Assembly: GCF_964194155.1 (NCBI RefSeq)
Contig: NC_135880.1
Span: forward strand, 36,208,001 to 36,272,000
Length of the DNA: 64,000 nt
Source of the DNA: Cetorhinus maximus
Lineage: Eukaryota
Reading direction: 5' to 3'
Shown here: in pieces, positions 60,916 to 64,000 of the stretch
Layout of the letters: each line of letters opens with the position of its first letter
How positions within the stretch are numbered: the stretch's first letter is position 1
The notes under the pieces: model-generated
What the model saw: the letters and a program-made list of their open reading frames with translations, nothing else
Database searches by the model: none
What the model was told of the DNA's origin: nothing
Made by a program: the position numbers and the translations under genes

Positions 60916-62784
60916 TATCTAAGTGTTGACGGGAAGAGAGCTTGTTTCTAGTTTGAAATGCAGAAACAGGACTTAATGTTAGTTATTATAAATATACATG
61001 ATCAAAAGGCTTTAATAGAATTAAAGAATAATAGAATGTTTTAATAGAATTAAATGTAAGAATTGTGCAAACTTATGACCAGGTCAGGAGCAAGAATTGT
61101 GGGAGAATGTGGAACTTAATACACCTTGACCATTGTAGTATCTGAGTAGTACACATGTGTTGTATAGTGCCTGGAGGATTATTTGTCGTCTTCATGAACA
61201 AATCTTGTTGTGAATAGCTCAAATTCCTTCTGGTGTAAAAAATCTGGAATGATTACTTCACGCCATAAACTGAACGGACTGCTGCTCAGCTTTGCTAAGC
61301 ATATTGGTGAAGTGTTTGAGCAGAAATTGTTTCCTGCTGTAGAGCAGGAATTTAAAATTCGATACTTTGTTTACGTGCCATCAGCTAATTCCAGAAAGTA
61401 TAGCTGGCACATGTATCAAATTGCATGGCTAATGTCATTAGGACGAGTTTTATTTGTTGATCCGAGTTAACTATTTACTGGAGACTACCAAGGAAACAAG
61501 AAGTAAAAGGGTCTGGTTTTCAGTTTGGTGAGTCTGCCCCCTTGTGTTTAAACATCTTTTCCGGTGTAATGAATAGGAAATCATTTCGCAGTTTTTGGTC
61601 TTTTTATATTCACACAATCTGATATTTAACTGGAAATTGTTTCTTTATTTAATCTATACTCCATAAATAGGGCAGAATATTGAAGAGAACGGAGTTGAGC
61701 TGGAGCGTTTGTACATGCTTACTTGAATTTCTTTAATATGTTTTAGTAGTTAGGAATGCTTAGAGTATTGAACAATTAGTAAGATTTAGCATCTCTTCAC
61801 GACCGCACCCCACCATGAACAAAATAGTTCTAACAATAGCAAGATCTTCATAGTTATATTTTTAAGTTACATTTGTATAGTTAATTACCATATTTATGGT
61901 GGTGAATTCAATTATTATTTTGATCAGAATTGTACGTACTGATTACATTCCATTAGAATGTACACAATTACTGCCATTCAGAGCTGTATTCGGTTTCAGC
62001 AGTGTGTTTAATACAAATCATCCTCTGGTATAGTTCCAATGTGCTACTAAAAATATAACTGAGTGCAGGAATGATAATGAGGGAGGAAGACCAGAAACTT
62101 GAAACAAAAACAAGGTTCAGGAACTGCCCTGCATTCAGTCGATACCTAAAAAGAAAGACTGTTTTTAACATTTTGGATGTGTAACCTTTTTAACGTACTG
62201 AAATAAAGTTAACACACCCAAAATGTCAAAACCTGCCTTTTCCTCTTTTACAGATGTTGGTGATCTGCTATGTATTTCCAGCATTTTGCCAGCATAAGGA
62301 ATAGAGGGTGTGCACCCAAATGCTAAACCGGTTTGTGAAATGTAGTTTGTTGCTTTTTTTTTTGTCTAGAGTGAGGGAACAATACACATGTTCTAATGCG
62401 TTGAATAATAGTAAACTGGAGTGGCAAATGGCAGAGGAAATCCGTTATGTTGAAAAGAGAGAACAATTATTAAACTCACTCAATGATTTGAGAAGAGGAC
62501 AATCAAGTTATCTGGCTAATGAAAAATGTGCATAAACCGGCTCCCTTCCTTTTTAACTCATTTCCCTTTGTTCTCCTTATCACAAACCCAGATGCAGAAG
62601 CCCCTAAGCTAAGTTTTCTACATGCTTTAAAAATGGTTAAGTGGGTTACTTTGTGTAGTAATGGTAGCAGTAAAATATAATTTTTTAAAGCCTGCACTGA
62701 TTCTGTTTTCCTTATATAGAGTCCTAGAAACCCAGCACATGGTGATTTATTAGAATTTTGGTCCAAACTGTTTAAATTCCATAT

Positions 62785-63010
62785 ATGAGAACACGAGTCA
62801 CAAGATTTGCCCTTTGAGCCTGCTACACAATTAGATAAGATCATGGCTGATCTGAGTGTGGCCTCAACTCCACTTTCCTGTCTGCCCCCTGTAACCACTT
62901 GTCTATCAAAAATCTATCTAACCCTGCCTTGAATATATTCAATGACCCAGCTTCCACTCCTCTCCGTGGAAGAGAATTCCATAAACTGATGACCATTTGA
63001 GAGGAAAAAA
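62785..63010 (-). mobile_element. CR1 3' end
   Basis: AGATCATGGCTGATCTG..TTGAATATATTCAATGACCCAGC..GGAAGAGAATTCC, as in the other CR1 tails. Confidence 0.85.
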
Positions 63011-63101
63011 TTATTTTTTTATTTTGTTTTACATTTAGGAATAACTGTCTTTAATATATCAGTGAAAAATATGTTTTCTCATTTTGATTTTCTGCATTCA
63101 G

Positions 63102-63212
63102 GTTTCTGAACTTGAATGTCTGAGTGGGCAGGCAAATGTGCTTAAGACACACAAAACTGAACTGAACAGGACAATAGAAGAACTAGAGGCACAGATGAAG
63201 GACAAAGAGGAG
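63102..63212 (+). CDS. HOMER1: HOMER1 exon 7 (coiled coil); gene continues beyond window
   Basis: tcag|VSELECLSGQANVLKTHKTELNRTIEELEAQMKDKEE|gtaagg, 111 nt. Confidence 0.96.
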
Positions 63213-63609
63213 GTAAGGGCAAAATATATCTTCCTCCAACCTTCCTCTATTGACATTGGTTGGAACACTAGAAACATGTGCATGATTATAAATTAAATTC
63301 AAAAAATTCAAACAAAAAAAAAGTTGGTGTCCTTGATCAGATAAATGTATAATCACATGGTGTCCTATCATGTTGAATAAATGGCTTAATAAGTGGCAAC
63401 ACTGCTTGGAGCATTTTACAAACAGTGAAAATGTAAAACAAAATACTTGATGCATACCTAAGGAGATCTAAAATGACTTTCAGCAAATATATAATTCAAA
63501 TCTGCATACATTACCTACATGTTGTTGAAAGTTGTAGTGCAATTCATTGTCAGAATAGCTCAAAGCATTTCATAAATGCTGTGTACATTACTATTCTATT
63601 AAATTTGAT

Positions 63610-64000
63610 GGGCCCCAGATTCACACTAAATGTGATAGCAGGCGGGAGAAAGAATGTCTTATCCACCCGCCGCAATGGCAGCTTTTCACACTGTTTCATC
63701 CCAATCCCGCCTCATTAAGCATACATTCCCAGGAAACAAGTTGTTTCGATGGCATTTGCCTGCCACGCTGTCACCTCGCCGCTTCCTCACGCCAGGCGCC
63801 ATATTTAAAGTGCAGCCACGCACACACCTCTCCGTGCTCCCAGCCCAGGACTGTTGCACAGAAGACATGGCCCTGAAAGGCAAGAAGACTGCAGCCTCCC
63901 CAATTCAGTGACACATCCCTGGAACACCTTTTGGACACTGGAGGCTCACCGTGATGTCCTCTGGCTGCAGGAGGTCCAGCAATCTCTCTACTCCAGCTTG
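63610..64000 (+). mobile_element. Left part of a Harbinger element with frameshifted Myb/SANT-like ORF
   Basis: TATTTAAA at ~63802, ATG at 63867. MALKGKKTAA / PQFSDTSLEHLLDT / EAHRDVL across two frameshifts resembles the start of Harbinger Myb/SANT-like proteins (PRFSxxELExLLxxVExRRxVL). Confidence 0.65.

Noticed and set aside
39945-63212. Assignment to HOMER2 or HOMER3
   Set aside because: [34 protein letters not shown] and the SPLTP P-motif are Homer1-type.

Overview
Eukaryotic, repeat-rich vertebrate DNA. The repeat families (CR1/L2 LINEs, Deu-domain SINEs, Penelope-like elements, Harbinger MITEs) suggest a cartilaginous fish; this is inference. The window holds the promoter and first seven coding exons of a + strand HOMER1 gene: 4891-4895, 39945-40101, 48260-48391, 50940-51032, 54417-54559, 58518-58674 and 63102-63212. 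Together they give 798 nt = 266 codons, all introns are GT-AG and phase-compatible, and the gene continues past the window. The promoter has a dense CRE cluster next to a TATA-like box. Main points of interest: (1) at least seven short Penelope-derived insertions, each with a 6-18 bp target-site duplication; most retain minimal hammerhead-ribozyme motifs with covarying stems, several sense to the Homer1 pre-mRNA. (2) Intron 5 read-through hits an immediate stop, predicting a tail-less Homer1a-like isoform. (3) A candidate Homer1d-like alternative first exon carries an in-frame stop. (4) An A78P change in the conserved EVH1 GQWAD motif. (5) A ~140-bp inverted repeat in intron 1. (6) Harbinger transposase and Myb remnants together with matching MITEs. 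Repeat boundaries are approximate unless defined by TSDs. Comparisons with mammalian Homer1 are from memory and need database confirmation.
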